Program-made: the position numbers and the translations under genes
Part shown: piece by piece, positions 10,067-19,053 of the stretch
Layout: each line of letters starts with the position of its first letter
Numbering within the stretch: position 1 is the stretch's first letter
Assembly (NCBI GenBank): GCA_050250255.1
Contig: JBFWOZ010000006.1
Location: 20,226 to 84,225 of the forward strand
DNA length: 64,000 nt
Direction: 5' to 3'
From: Bdellovibrionales bacterium
GTDB taxonomy: Bacteria; Bdellovibrionota; Bdellovibrionia; Bdellovibrionales; DASUEL01
Notes under the pieces: model-generated
Databases searched by the model: none
What the model saw: the letters and a program-made list of their open reading frames with translations, nothing else
What the model was told of the DNA's origin: nothing

Positions 10067-10819
10067 ATGGGAGGTCGGGTGCGTGAACCAAAAGATATAA
10101 AGATTCTCATAGTTGACGACGAGGCGGACCTGCGCAAGGCCATTGTTTTTGATTTTAAGAAAAGAGGCTTTGTTGTAAAAGAGGCGGAAAATGGCAAAGT
10201 GGCTTTTGAAATTATAAAAAATGAAAATATTGATTTGGTTTTAACGGATGTGAGAATGCCAGATGGTGACGGGGTTGAGCTTTTAGAAAACATCAAAGCA
10301 CGCAACTCAGATTTACCTGTCGTGATATTCATTACCGGATTTGCAGACATCACTCTTGAAGAGGCTTATGACAAGGGAGTGGATGCGGTTTTTGCTAAAC
10401 CCTTTGATCGTAAGGCACTACTAAACGCGGTGATAAGAGCTCTTTCTGAAAAAGACGCTCAGTGGAAGGCGCGCCAAACGGAGAGACCGGATTCAAGCTT
10501 CACGGTGGAGTTGGGGGTGTACCCATCGGATACTCTATCTCAAGGGCAGGTGCTCAACATTGGGCGCGGTGGTCTTTTTGTTGCTGTTCCAAATCCAGAA
10601 CTGATGGCAGGGTGTACAGTGAAGTTTAGCCTTCAGTACGACAAGGAGTCTATGCGCCTACAAGGTACAGGAGTGATTAAGTGGGTTCGTAGACAAGCTA
10701 TAAACAATCTTCCTGCAGGTTACGGCATTCAATTTGACACATTAGACGATGAGAGTCGTAAGCGGACCATTGAGGTTATCAATAGTTTAAAAACAAAATC
10801 GTTTATTCCTAAGTCCTAG
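10067..10819 (+). CDS. Response-regulator receiver domain fused to a C-terminal PilZ (c-di-GMP-binding) domain
   Basis: REC: KILIVDDEADLRK...DLVLTDVRMPDGDG...FAKPF. PilZ motifs: RQTER (RxxxR, nt 10472..10486) and NIGRGG (nt 10556..10573), followed by GYGIQFD. An alternative in-frame GTG start lies at 10079. Confidence 0.85.
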   Translation: MGGRVREPKDIKILIVDDEADLRKAIVFDFKKRGFVVKEAENGKVAFEIIKNENIDLVLTDVRMPDGDGVELLENIKARNSDLPVVIFITGFADITLEEAYDKGVDAVFAKPFDRKALLNAVIRALSEKDAQWKARQTERPDSSFTVELGVYPSDTLSQGQVLNIGRGGLFVAVPNPELMAGCTVKFSLQYDKESMRLQGTGVIKWVRRQAINNLPAGYGIQFDTLDDESRKRTIEVINSLKTKSFIPKS

Positions 10820-10882
10820 CAGCATAAGAAAAAAGTCGTTGGTTAAGACCTTATCCTCAAAAAATGTTGTAAATCTAGTTGG

Positions 10883-11599
10883 TCAGTCCCCTTCACTGCC
10901 ACCGCGTCTTTGCTTTGAATCTTGGATTTCGCGAACAACAGCCCAGTCATTGATTTGGTAAACTAAGACGTCGATCTTTAGATTCAAATGCTGGTTACCA
11001 AGGGCGGAACGCAACGCTTGCGTTCTTCCGTTACCGTCGAAGACATAATAGGTACCGTCTGGAGCTTTGGCCGCTCGTATAACCAATGACTCCGATGGTA
11101 TAATGGACTTGCGAAGCTGGGCATCGACAGCTCCGGCATTCAAAATCTCGGGAAGACGCTTTTTAATTTCATCAATTCGGGTCTGCAGCCTCTGCAAATC
11201 GTAGGGTGTCGAAACCTTGTGTGTCGTTGAAAGCTGTCTCAAAGGGACCATATCAGAATAGATCCTAGTCGCCTGCTGTTCAATCAGGTTTGTCAAATGG
11301 GTCGCTTCGATGAGCTCGCGACCAATCTCTTGCCATTTTTCAGGAAACCGTTCGAGCGATTTGAGAAGTTTCTTGATAATATTTTGAGACACCCCCTCAA
11401 GCGCGAGCGCCTTAATGCCTTGGGATAACTCTGAATGGACGGTGTTTTCAACGAAATCATGTCGGCTTGTCGGAGCTAGCACTTGGGCGCAATTGATCTT
11501 TGGGGCTGATACCGTAACATGCACAGCTGCCAATTTTGGGCTGCCAACTAACGGCAGTATTGCCAGCACAGATAATGCAAGTAAGTTCACAGGTTTCAC
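10883..11599 (-). CDS. Secreted hypothetical protein with a possible ParB/Srx-like fold at the C-terminus
   Basis: Signal-peptide-like N-terminus: MKPVNLLALSVLAILPLVGSPKLAA. The C-terminal segment IRAAKAPDGTYYVFDGNGRTQALRSAL resembles the ParB N-terminal-domain core. That resemblance is weak and rests on motif memory only. Confidence 0.55.
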   Translation of the reverse strand: MKPVNLLALSVLAILPLVGSPKLAAVHVTVSAPKINCAQVLAPTSRHDFVENTVHSELSQGIKALALEGVSQNIIKKLLKSLERFPEKWQEIGRELIEATHLTNLIEQQATRIYSDMVPLRQLSTTHKVSTPYDLQRLQTRIDEIKKRLPEILNAGAVDAQLRKSIIPSESLVIRAAKAPDGTYYVFDGNGRTQALRSALGNQHLNLKIDVLVYQINDWAVVREIQDSKQRRGGSEGD

Positions 11600-11672
11600 G
11601 CTAGTAAGTGATGCAATCTTGGTACCTGCTACATTCCGTCGAATTGACTCGCAGGTACCACTCTCTGACTCT

Positions 11673-13688
11673 CTATTGATTTATGCCGAACCAAATTGTT
11701 TCGAACGGAGGTAGCTCCAACTTAATTTTTCCGTTGGCGGAGGTGATGTTGAAATTCCGATCATACAGTAGATCAACGAGTTGTCGCGAACCCAAGTTAA
11801 TATCAACAGTTGCTGTAACCGTATGTTCGCTTAAGTTGTGTAAAATGAGGGTTGTTTCTCCTGGAACGTGTCGAGCATATGCTAAAGTGCTTGGATTACT
11901 TGTGTTTAAAATTTCGATTTCTCCACGTCGAAGCGAAGCACGCTCTTTTCGCACACGAATAAAATGACGAACATATTCTAAAACCGAACCTTCTGGTGTT
12001 GAGCCTCTCGAAAAAATTGCGTTGTCATACAGAGCCTTTTCGACAGGTCCGCGGCCCTCATCACGAGCATCATATTGCCCCCCACGCTCACGCGCAGCCT
12101 GTATTGCGTAGGGTTTATTATTTGTGGCCATGACTTCATCACCGTAGTAGATGATGGGCATCCCCTTAAGGCTGAGCAGATATGAAAAAGCAAGGGTTAT
12201 ACGACGAGGGTCATGCGAAAGAAAATCCGTCATTCTCCCGCCCACTCCCAAATCACCTCGAAAAGACACTCCTTTTCCAGTACTCAGCAGTGCTCTTTGA
12301 ATGATTTCACGAACGCGAGGTGGGGCCATTTCAAGCGTTAGCTCATCATGCAACCTTAGAAAATTAGCCCACACTGTTCCTTTTGGTAGCTCTGGCGTAT
12401 TCTTCAGAGATTCGATGATGTAGCGTTTGTCTCCCGAAAGCAAACTCGCCCAAGAGTGGGCCATGAGATCGAAGTTGTATGCCATTTGAGCACCAGATGA
12501 AGCAGTTAGTGTTCTTCCGAGACTCTTTATGTAGATATTCTGTGATTTTCCAAAAAACTTTTGAACCACCGAAAGCTCCTGACAAGCTTCGACAATGATT
12601 GAAGTTCTAGGCGCCACTTGAGTGAGCAGATAACGAAGAGATTTCACAAACTCCAATGTTCTCGGATCACTTTCTCTCTCTTTAAACAAAAAAGGAATAG
12701 CATCAAGGCGAATGACATCGGCGCCCTGATTGGCCCAATGGGTGACTATTCGAAATGCCTCGCCCATAACAGCGGGATTTTTAAAATTCAAATCAAATTG
12801 AAAAGGGTAAAACGTGTGATAAATCCAAACGTCTTTTCCATCTGCATCCTTCGTTTTAAAGTAGTGAGGATGGTGTGGGTCGGCGAAATCAGGAAAGATC
12901 ACTCGTCGTTCAACTTCTACAGTTTTACCGTATTCGTTTTTTTCGCGATAACGCGCGCTTAGAGGCTTTCCGTTTTTATCTAGTTTCACATCAAGCACTT
13001 CAGGGGGTGTTTTAAGAAAATGAAAATAATTACGATATTGTTTCTCCCCGCGAAGTGCGGCCTTAGCCCAAGCGTGAGTCTCTGAGACGTGATTCAGTAC
13101 CAAATCCAGTTGAAAGCTTCCTCTTTTTTGTCTGAGTTTACTAATAAATGATCTGAATTCCCGGTCTCCCCCGAATCTTCTATCAACAGTTTTATAATCA
13201 GAAACGTCAAAGCCAGCGTCCTTAAACGGCGACTTGAGAAATGGAAGTGCGTAGATCATCGAAACTCCGAGATAGTCAAAAAGATAATCGGCCATGGCCG
13301 TTAGATTCCGGAAGGTGCCCTTTCCTTTCGAAGTTCCGATACCACTCACATAACCCATGTATTGAATTTGATCTAAGAGTCTGTTTGGATCTTCAATAGC
13401 CTTGATATCCTCGGCTCTTAATTCTTTTGAGCGACTCGCCAAACCCTCCTGTACGGCCCTCTCGAATCTTTCAGACACACCGACGACAATGTTTCTATCA
13501 GAATAAATATTTTCAAAAATTCTAAGTGCATGCGGATCAACTTGAACCGATCTCTGTGGAGAAAGTACTTTATGACAGCCCCCACCGGCGGCGTATGTTG
13601 GCTGTGCCTTGACGGCAGCAAAAGCTAACTGCATCACCAGATGAAGTAGAACAATCGGTGTGATCACTCGAAATGGGAGTTGTCGCAT
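11673..13688 (-). CDS. GH13 alpha-amylase-family enzyme, trehalose-synthase/amylosucrase-like, with a signal-peptide-like N-terminus
   Basis: GH13 conserved regions: DLVLNHVSETHAW, GADVIRLDAIPFLFKE, IVEACQ and FLRLHDELTLEM (the last is TreS-like). N-terminus: MRQLPFRVITPIVLLHLVMQLAFAAVKAQ. Confidence 0.85.
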   Translation of the reverse strand: MRQLPFRVITPIVLLHLVMQLAFAAVKAQPTYAAGGGCHKVLSPQRSVQVDPHALRIFENIYSDRNIVVGVSERFERAVQEGLASRSKELRAEDIKAIEDPNRLLDQIQYMGYVSGIGTSKGKGTFRNLTAMADYLFDYLGVSMIYALPFLKSPFKDAGFDVSDYKTVDRRFGGDREFRSFISKLRQKRGSFQLDLVLNHVSETHAWAKAALRGEKQYRNYFHFLKTPPEVLDVKLDKNGKPLSARYREKNEYGKTVEVERRVIFPDFADPHHPHYFKTKDADGKDVWIYHTFYPFQFDLNFKNPAVMGEAFRIVTHWANQGADVIRLDAIPFLFKERESDPRTLEFVKSLRYLLTQVAPRTSIIVEACQELSVVQKFFGKSQNIYIKSLGRTLTASSGAQMAYNFDLMAHSWASLLSGDKRYIIESLKNTPELPKGTVWANFLRLHDELTLEMAPPRVREIIQRALLSTGKGVSFRGDLGVGGRMTDFLSHDPRRITLAFSYLLSLKGMPIIYYGDEVMATNNKPYAIQAARERGGQYDARDEGRGPVEKALYDNAIFSRGSTPEGSVLEYVRHFIRVRKERASLRRGEIEILNTSNPSTLAYARHVPGETTLILHNLSEHTVTATVDINLGSRQLVDLLYDRNFNITSANGKIKLELPPFETIWFGINQ

Positions 13689-13855
13689 ATTAAGAAACCG
13701 AGCAACTCAAGTGCCAGATACATCAAACCAATTTCATTTTATAGACTTTGAGGGCCGATTTATCGCCACTCGCCATAAAAGACAACTTACGCAACTAGAT
13801 GTTCATTATTTCGTCAGTGCCCAGAGGTTCACGTGGTCCAAGATCTGGACGTTGA

Positions 13856-14692
13856 TTAGACCTCTTTATTGCGCTCCACGACCCACAACCGAGAAATAAC
13901 GCCCTTGATTTCTCCCAATTTCACCAAAAGATTTTTATTTAAAAATTCACGTGCCGCTCGGTCTGAAACGACTCCTACGGCCATACCGTCAAACAAAAAT
14001 GATAAAAGAAGGCTGATGTCATCAATTTCTCCTATCACGTTGGGCTCAATGTGATGGTTTGCAAAGAATCTTTCCACCTGAAAACGGAGCATATTACTTT
14101 CGCTGAAAGTGAAAAATGGTACGTCGTTAAGCGATTTTGGAAAATTGTTTTTTAGACTACGAAACCTGGGGGCACCGACAAAAAAGAGTTTTCTCTGTGC
14201 CACCTCTTTCACGTTCCAATTTTTCTTATGCTTTGGCTCAGTGTCGACAATCATTAAATCTAAACGCTTGTGCTCTAGCTGTTCATGGAGGTCTTGATAG
14301 GTTCCATGCCACACTTGCAATATCAGATTTTTACGACATATCGGTTTCAAAATATCATGTAGAAGTGCCTTTGATACTGAGGGGACATAGCCCGCTCTGA
14401 AAAAATCTGCAGGTTTCGACTGGGGTTTTAGCGAGAAAAGAGCTTCTTGGGTAAGGGAGAAAATTTTATGAGTATATTCCAGCAAACTTTGGCCAGACGA
14501 ACTGAGACGAAGCTTACGAAACTGACGATCGAAGAGCTTTATATTGAGACTTTCCTCTAAAAGCTTGATGCGAATACTAATCGCTGGCTGAGTGAGATTT
14601 AGTTTTTTTGCAGCCAATTTAATGGAGCCCTCTGTCGCAACAACATGGAAGTAGAAAAGATGCTGTAGGTTACCTGATGGAAAAGTTATCAC
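13856..14692 (-). CDS. LysR-family transcriptional regulator (NhaR-like N-terminus)
   Basis: HTH region: LQHLFYFHVVATEGSIKLAAKKLNLTQPAISIRIKLLEESLNIKLFDR. The length is typical for a LysR substrate-binding domain. Confidence 0.9.
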   Translation of the reverse strand: MITFPSGNLQHLFYFHVVATEGSIKLAAKKLNLTQPAISIRIKLLEESLNIKLFDRQFRKLRLSSSGQSLLEYTHKIFSLTQEALFSLKPQSKPADFFRAGYVPSVSKALLHDILKPICRKNLILQVWHGTYQDLHEQLEHKRLDLMIVDTEPKHKKNWNVKEVAQRKLFFVGAPRFRSLKNNFPKSLNDVPFFTFSESNMLRFQVERFFANHHIEPNVIGEIDDISLLLSFLFDGMAVGVVSDRAAREFLNKNLLVKLGEIKGVISRLWVVERNKEV

Positions 14693-14710
14693 TTAAATTT
14701 TCCTTATTCT

Positions 14711-14746
14711 TTAGTTAATATAATTAAATTTAATTATATTAACTAA
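14711..14746. promoter_or_regulatory. Perfect 36-bp AT-rich palindrome in the divergent LysR/lipoprotein intergenic region. It is a candidate LysR operator.
   Basis: ttagttaatataattaaa|tttaattatattaactaa. I verified base by base that the second half is the exact reverse complement of the first. It lies 19 nt upstream of the LysR start (14692) and 53 nt upstream of the 14799 start. Confidence 0.5.
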
Positions 14747-14798
14747 ATGGCCGACTATACAACATACAAGTTAGTCATTAAAACAAGAGGAGGATTTT

Positions 14799-15185
14799 GT
14801 GCCGAATATTGATATAAAAACGGGAGCATTCATTTTGTTGACGGCGTGCTATCTCAGCGGATGTGCGACAAAAGGAATAGAGCCTTCCACACATCCCAAG
14901 TCTCAAGGTTTGGTTAAATCAAACCAACCCATCCATGAAGTTAAGACTAAGCCCGAAGTACAGAATCGCCTCGTTTGTAAAAACAACGATGACGAAAGAG
15001 CCATCCAAGTAGTTAAAGGCACTCGTCAGATCTCTAGTGAAAAGGACGCGCCCTGCGAGGTCGTTTATACAAAATTTTCCAAGAGCACTGTGGTTGCCTC
15101 CTCACACAGCTCGTTGAGTTATTGTGAGATGATTCAAAAACGCATTCAGGACAACCTGGTACAGGGCGGTTTTAGTTGTCAATAG
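14799..15185 (+). CDS. Hypothetical lipoprotein
   Basis: GTG start preceded by AGAGGAGG. Lipobox-like LLTACYLSGC. There are four further Cys residues. Confidence 0.65.
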   Translation: MPNIDIKTGAFILLTACYLSGCATKGIEPSTHPKSQGLVKSNQPIHEVKTKPEVQNRLVCKNNDDERAIQVVKGTRQISSEKDAPCEVVYTKFSKSTVVASSHSSLSYCEMIQKRIQDNLVQGGFSCQ

Positions 15186-15243
15186 AGCACCACCCATTTG
15201 AAGTTTGGAATTCTCGATCTTCATTTATGTAAGTTTTTGCTGG

Positions 15244-16518
15244 CTATAGAAACCAAAAACAAACTCCGGAGATAATGGTAGGGATCAGTGCGCTTATAAA
15301 TAAACCCACAGAGCTGATTCCATCAGGTCCAAAGGAGGAGTTCAATGTACTATAGCCAGCGGGGTTTGGGGCATTTGCAATAACCGTGAGCCCACCCCCA
15401 ACAACACTTCCCGCAACCAACGCGTACTTAGATATATCCGAAAGACCCACCACCTGACTGCCTAAATATGTAATGGCAGCATTGTCTGTAAAAGCCGTTA
15501 AGGACATCGAACCCAGATAGAGTGGAAGCGCCGTCAAGCGACTAAGAATTGGTTCGAGCCACCAGTTTTGATAACCACCGAGAATCACTAACCCTCCCAA
15601 AAAGAAGCCCACAAGAAGCGCTTCTCTGATCCGTAGATCATCGTGGTATTCTTTGGTCACCGCAGCTACACCTAAGAAAAACAAAAAGATGCCAACGAAC
15701 AAAACCATGTGATGAGCGGCTATTACAATGGCGAAAAGAATAATGAGGTGTAAAAGCGAAACCCACAGTGGGGTTTGATAAGCTACGCTCTTCACTGTTT
15801 TATCAGTCTCCAGACGGGCGAGCTCCTTCCGAAAGCGATAAGTAACAAAAGATGTCGATAGAACAATAGCCACTACTGCTTTCCACCCGAAATTTGAAAA
15901 CATAAATGTAAGATCCCAATTCCATTTTTGAGCTACCATTAAAACTGGTGGGGCCGCATAAGGCGTAAGTGTTCCACCAATGGAGACATTCACAAATAAT
16001 AATCCGAGAGTGGCATAGCGAAGCTGATCGGTGATGTCTTTGTTGTAATACGACTTTAATAAAATCAACGCCGTTACTGTCATGGCTGCGGGCTCTGTAA
16101 TAAAACTTCCTAAAATTGGTCCAACAATTAAGGTGGATGCATAAAACCCGATTACTCTGTTAAGGGGCAGGCTTTGTCCAAAGAGGCGAATGACCTTTTC
16201 GCTAAGCTCTAAAATTGGGCGAGATGCACACATTGTCATAATGACAAATACAAATATAGGCTCGGTAAAATTACGGCTTTCAAGATAAGCAATTGTTGGC
16301 TTCATACCCTCATCAGCCATAAAGTAAAGAATGAATAGCCCAGCCCAGATTCCGAATACAACTTCAACTTCGCCAAGAAGATGAAAGAGGTTTTCTCCGA
16401 CGGAGCCTTCGGAATATTTGTGAGATATACTTTGAAAGTATTTAACAGAAAAAGTATGTAGCACGGCTAATGCAAAACATCCCGTGGCCACATAGTGAAC
16501 AACTGAAGGGGCACTCAT
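15244..16518 (-). CDS. Polytopic membrane protein, putative Na+/H+ antiporter family (Na_H_antiport_2/DUF1504-like)
   Basis: The protein is highly hydrophobic throughout. The N-terminal FALAVLHTFSVKYF...LLGEVEVVFGIWAG matches my memory of that family. I chose the start at 16518 (ATG) because GGAGAG lies 4 nt upstream. The track start is 16530. Confidence 0.65.
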   Translation of the reverse strand: MSAPSVVHYVATGCFALAVLHTFSVKYFQSISHKYSEGSVGENLFHLLGEVEVVFGIWAGLFILYFMADEGMKPTIAYLESRNFTEPIFVFVIMTMCASRPILELSEKVIRLFGQSLPLNRVIGFYASTLIVGPILGSFITEPAAMTVTALILLKSYYNKDITDQLRYATLGLLFVNVSIGGTLTPYAAPPVLMVAQKWNWDLTFMFSNFGWKAVVAIVLSTSFVTYRFRKELARLETDKTVKSVAYQTPLWVSLLHLIILFAIVIAAHHMVLFVGIFLFFLGVAAVTKEYHDDLRIREALLVGFFLGGLVILGGYQNWWLEPILSRLTALPLYLGSMSLTAFTDNAAITYLGSQVVGLSDISKYALVAGSVVGGGLTVIANAPNPAGYSTLNSSFGPDGISSVGLFISALIPTIISGVCFWFL

Positions 16519-16640
16519 ACAACTCTCCACTCTGGATTGTCACTTTCATTTTTCTCGAACCAAGTGACGGATAATAGCATCAAATCCATTGTCTACATCA
16601 TTTCTATAATGAAGTCAGATAATGAAAAATTTCAAACCTT

Positions 16641-17756
16641 TTATCGGACTGTCGTTGCTTGCGGCAGCGCCTCGACATAAAGCGTTTGTGTCGGAAACGC
16701 AAATGACACATCTTCTTTAACAAACTTTTTTAAAATATTAAGAAGCACCCTTTGTTGTAAATCCATAAATATATTGTAGTCGGGATCCGACACAAAGAAG
16801 ACAAGCTCAAAATCTAATGAGGAGTTTCCGTATGTCATAAAATGACAGCGGTCAAATTTGAGCTGACTCTCAGCCTGTACGATTTCTTTTACCCATAATG
16901 GAATTTTCTCAAGCGTTTCGGCCGACGTTGAATAGGTCACGCCAAAAGATTGCACCACTCGACGAATCCACATACGCTTATAGTTTTTAACTCGACTTTC
17001 AAGAAGATCTTTATTGGCTAAAATGACTTGTTCACCCGAAAGACTCCTCAGGCGCGTGGTTTTGATTCCTATGTGTTCTACGGTTCCTTTTTCCTCTCCC
17101 GAAACAATGAAATCTCCTACTACAAAAGGTTTGTCGAGAACAATAGAAAGCGATGCTAAAAGATCACCTAATATATTTTGAGCTGCCAACGCGACAGCGA
17201 TACCGCCCACCCCAAGCCCCGCCAGCAATGCGGTGATATCAACGCCTAAATTGCTAAGTCCTACTAAAAAAAGAACAACTAGAAACCCTACCTGAACCGC
17301 TGTGTAGAGAAGTCCAAGCGCTGCTGCGGAAGACTGATCCAACTCAATTTTTTTATCTAATACACGTTTTCGCCAAAATTTTATGATGTAAAGACCCCAA
17401 ATCCCTACTTGCAATACAAGACTGGTCACTGAAATTGTGAGCAGGAGGCTCTCAACCCAACTTGTCTGTGTGAGATGCCGAGTCAGTAAATAGAACGTTC
17501 CCACAAAAACAACCGAAGCCTTAAATCCTTCGAGAAGGTCGGCACCGGCGTTATCCCAAAGCGAAAATGTTTTTTCCGCTCTCTTCCGGAAAAAACGAGA
17601 GATGATTTTTAAAATCATCTTAATGAGCACTGTGGCAAGAACGGCAGTTACGCCCGAGCCGATCCAGGACCAAAGAGAGTCTTCAGCAAAGTACGGCTTT
17701 AATTCGTAAAAAAATGTTTCCATAGTAGAGGGTTCTAACATAAGTACGTATATCAT
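16641..17756 (-). CDS. Mechanosensitive ion channel (MscS family)
   Basis: MscS core: LDKPFVVGDFIVSGEEKGTVEHIGIKTTRLRSLSGEQVILANKDLLESRVKNY. There are several N-terminal TM helices. An alternative start (METFFYEL) lies at 17723. Confidence 0.9.
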   Translation of the reverse strand: MIYVLMLEPSTMETFFYELKPYFAEDSLWSWIGSGVTAVLATVLIKMILKIISRFFRKRAEKTFSLWDNAGADLLEGFKASVVFVGTFYLLTRHLTQTSWVESLLLTISVTSLVLQVGIWGLYIIKFWRKRVLDKKIELDQSSAAALGLLYTAVQVGFLVVLFLVGLSNLGVDITALLAGLGVGGIAVALAAQNILGDLLASLSIVLDKPFVVGDFIVSGEEKGTVEHIGIKTTRLRSLSGEQVILANKDLLESRVKNYKRMWIRRVVQSFGVTYSTSAETLEKIPLWVKEIVQAESQLKFDRCHFMTYGNSSLDFELVFFVSDPDYNIFMDLQQRVLLNILKKFVKEDVSFAFPTQTLYVEALPQATTVR

Positions 17757-17833
17757 TTAACTAGAAAATGCGGTTGCCGATCTAGAGATGCTCTCTGTAA
17801 CTACTTGGATAGCTATTTACTTAATATATTAGG

Positions 17834-18265
17834 TTAAGCAGAAATATAAGTAGCTCTCGTTTTTAGGTAATTCTTAATTTCGGAAAGTTCACCATCGAGT
17901 TTTTTTAGGTCTTCGAATATAAACTCAAAGTCGACAGTGCTTTTGTCCAAAACCCGCTTACCTACCCTTGTGAGAGAAATAATTTTCTTTCTGGCATCCT
18001 TGGGATCATCGCAGACTAGAATTAAATTCTTACCCGATAAACGACGCAGAGATTGAGTCAAACTTCCCTGTGTGATGCCAAGGGCTCTGGCAAGCCCAAG
18101 AGGACCGATGGCGGGCATAGATTTTAATGTCCAGAGGAGGAACCATTGAACAAGACTGAGGCCAATCTTATCCTCAAGAGTCTTGTTCATTTTTTGAAAT
18201 AGTAGGTTTACTTTTAGTAGATCGGCCAAAGGCTGCTCAAAACTATTTTTGTCTGAAAAATTCAT
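17834..18265 (-). CDS. MarR-family transcriptional regulator, last gene of the otsA-otsB operon
   Basis: Winged-helix region: LSLVQWFLLWTL...LARALGITQGSLTQSLRRLSGKNLILVCDDPKDARKKIISLTRVGKRV. Its start overlaps the otsB stop (ATGA at 18262..18265). Confidence 0.9.
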   Translation of the reverse strand: MNFSDKNSFEQPLADLLKVNLLFQKMNKTLEDKIGLSLVQWFLLWTLKSMPAIGPLGLARALGITQGSLTQSLRRLSGKNLILVCDDPKDARKKIISLTRVGKRVLDKSTVDFEFIFEDLKKLDGELSEIKNYLKTRATYISA

Positions 18266-19053
18266 AAGTTTGTTGCGTTCGTTTTTGCACGCGTGATTCG
18301 ATAATAAAAAAGTATTTTCATGACGAGACGATGAACTTCCGCTTGATTTTTAATAAAAAATTTTGCACTTGAATTCACTTTTTTGCCAACGCGAACTGTA
18401 AAGATTCGACTATCGTTCAGAGAGAAAACGTCTTCGTCCGTATCATCATCTCCAATATAAAATGCTTGCTTAACATTCGCGTCACTCATCACATCTAATA
18501 AGGCCATCCCTTTGTGGGGCCCTCCAATGGGAATTAAATTAATAACGCATTTCCCAAGAACAATCCTGGGAGTTGGTTCTAGGTTTTGAACTAGTTGTAA
18601 CAGTTCTTTTTTTACAGCTCTTTTGGAGCGAGACTTCCTATAGTGAAGCGCCAGAGAAAACTCCTTGTCTTCTACTTCTACGCCTTCAAATTTTTTATTC
18701 TTACCAAAAAGCTTGGTTTGAATTTGATTTCTCCAGGCGCTTGACACTTTCTTGAAAATTTCTTGTTTGTGAATGGTTTTTGATCCTTCAAGTCCGTGAT
18801 TTCCAATTAAGTATTTTGGGCGAAAGGAGAATTTTGTTTTTAAATCTGAACGGCTACGGCCCGAAACTATTGCAACAGGAACCTGTGCGTTAAGCTCTTG
18901 AATCATTTTTGCCAGAGTTTCCGCAACAACCGCACCCTCAGGATTACGCACAATTTTCGACAACGTGCCGTCAAAATCAAAAGCAAAAAGAGTGTTGGTG
19001 TACGATAAAGATTCTAATAATACTTGGGCGTTTTTTGAAAAAAGATACATCAT
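18262..19053 (-). CDS. otsB: Trehalose-6-phosphate phosphatase (HAD family)
   Basis: HAD motifs: FAFDFDGTLS, VSGRS and YIGDDDTDEDVF. Also GNHGLE. Its start overlaps the otsA stop (ATGA at 19050..19053). Confidence 0.9.
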   Translation of the reverse strand: MMYLFSKNAQVLLESLSYTNTLFAFDFDGTLSKIVRNPEGAVVAETLAKMIQELNAQVPVAIVSGRSRSDLKTKFSFRPKYLIGNHGLEGSKTIHKQEIFKKVSSAWRNQIQTKLFGKNKKFEGVEVEDKEFSLALHYRKSRSKRAVKKELLQLVQNLEPTPRIVLGKCVINLIPIGGPHKGMALLDVMSDANVKQAFYIGDDDTDEDVFSLNDSRIFTVRVGKKVNSSAKFFIKNQAEVHRLVMKILFYYRITRAKTNATNL

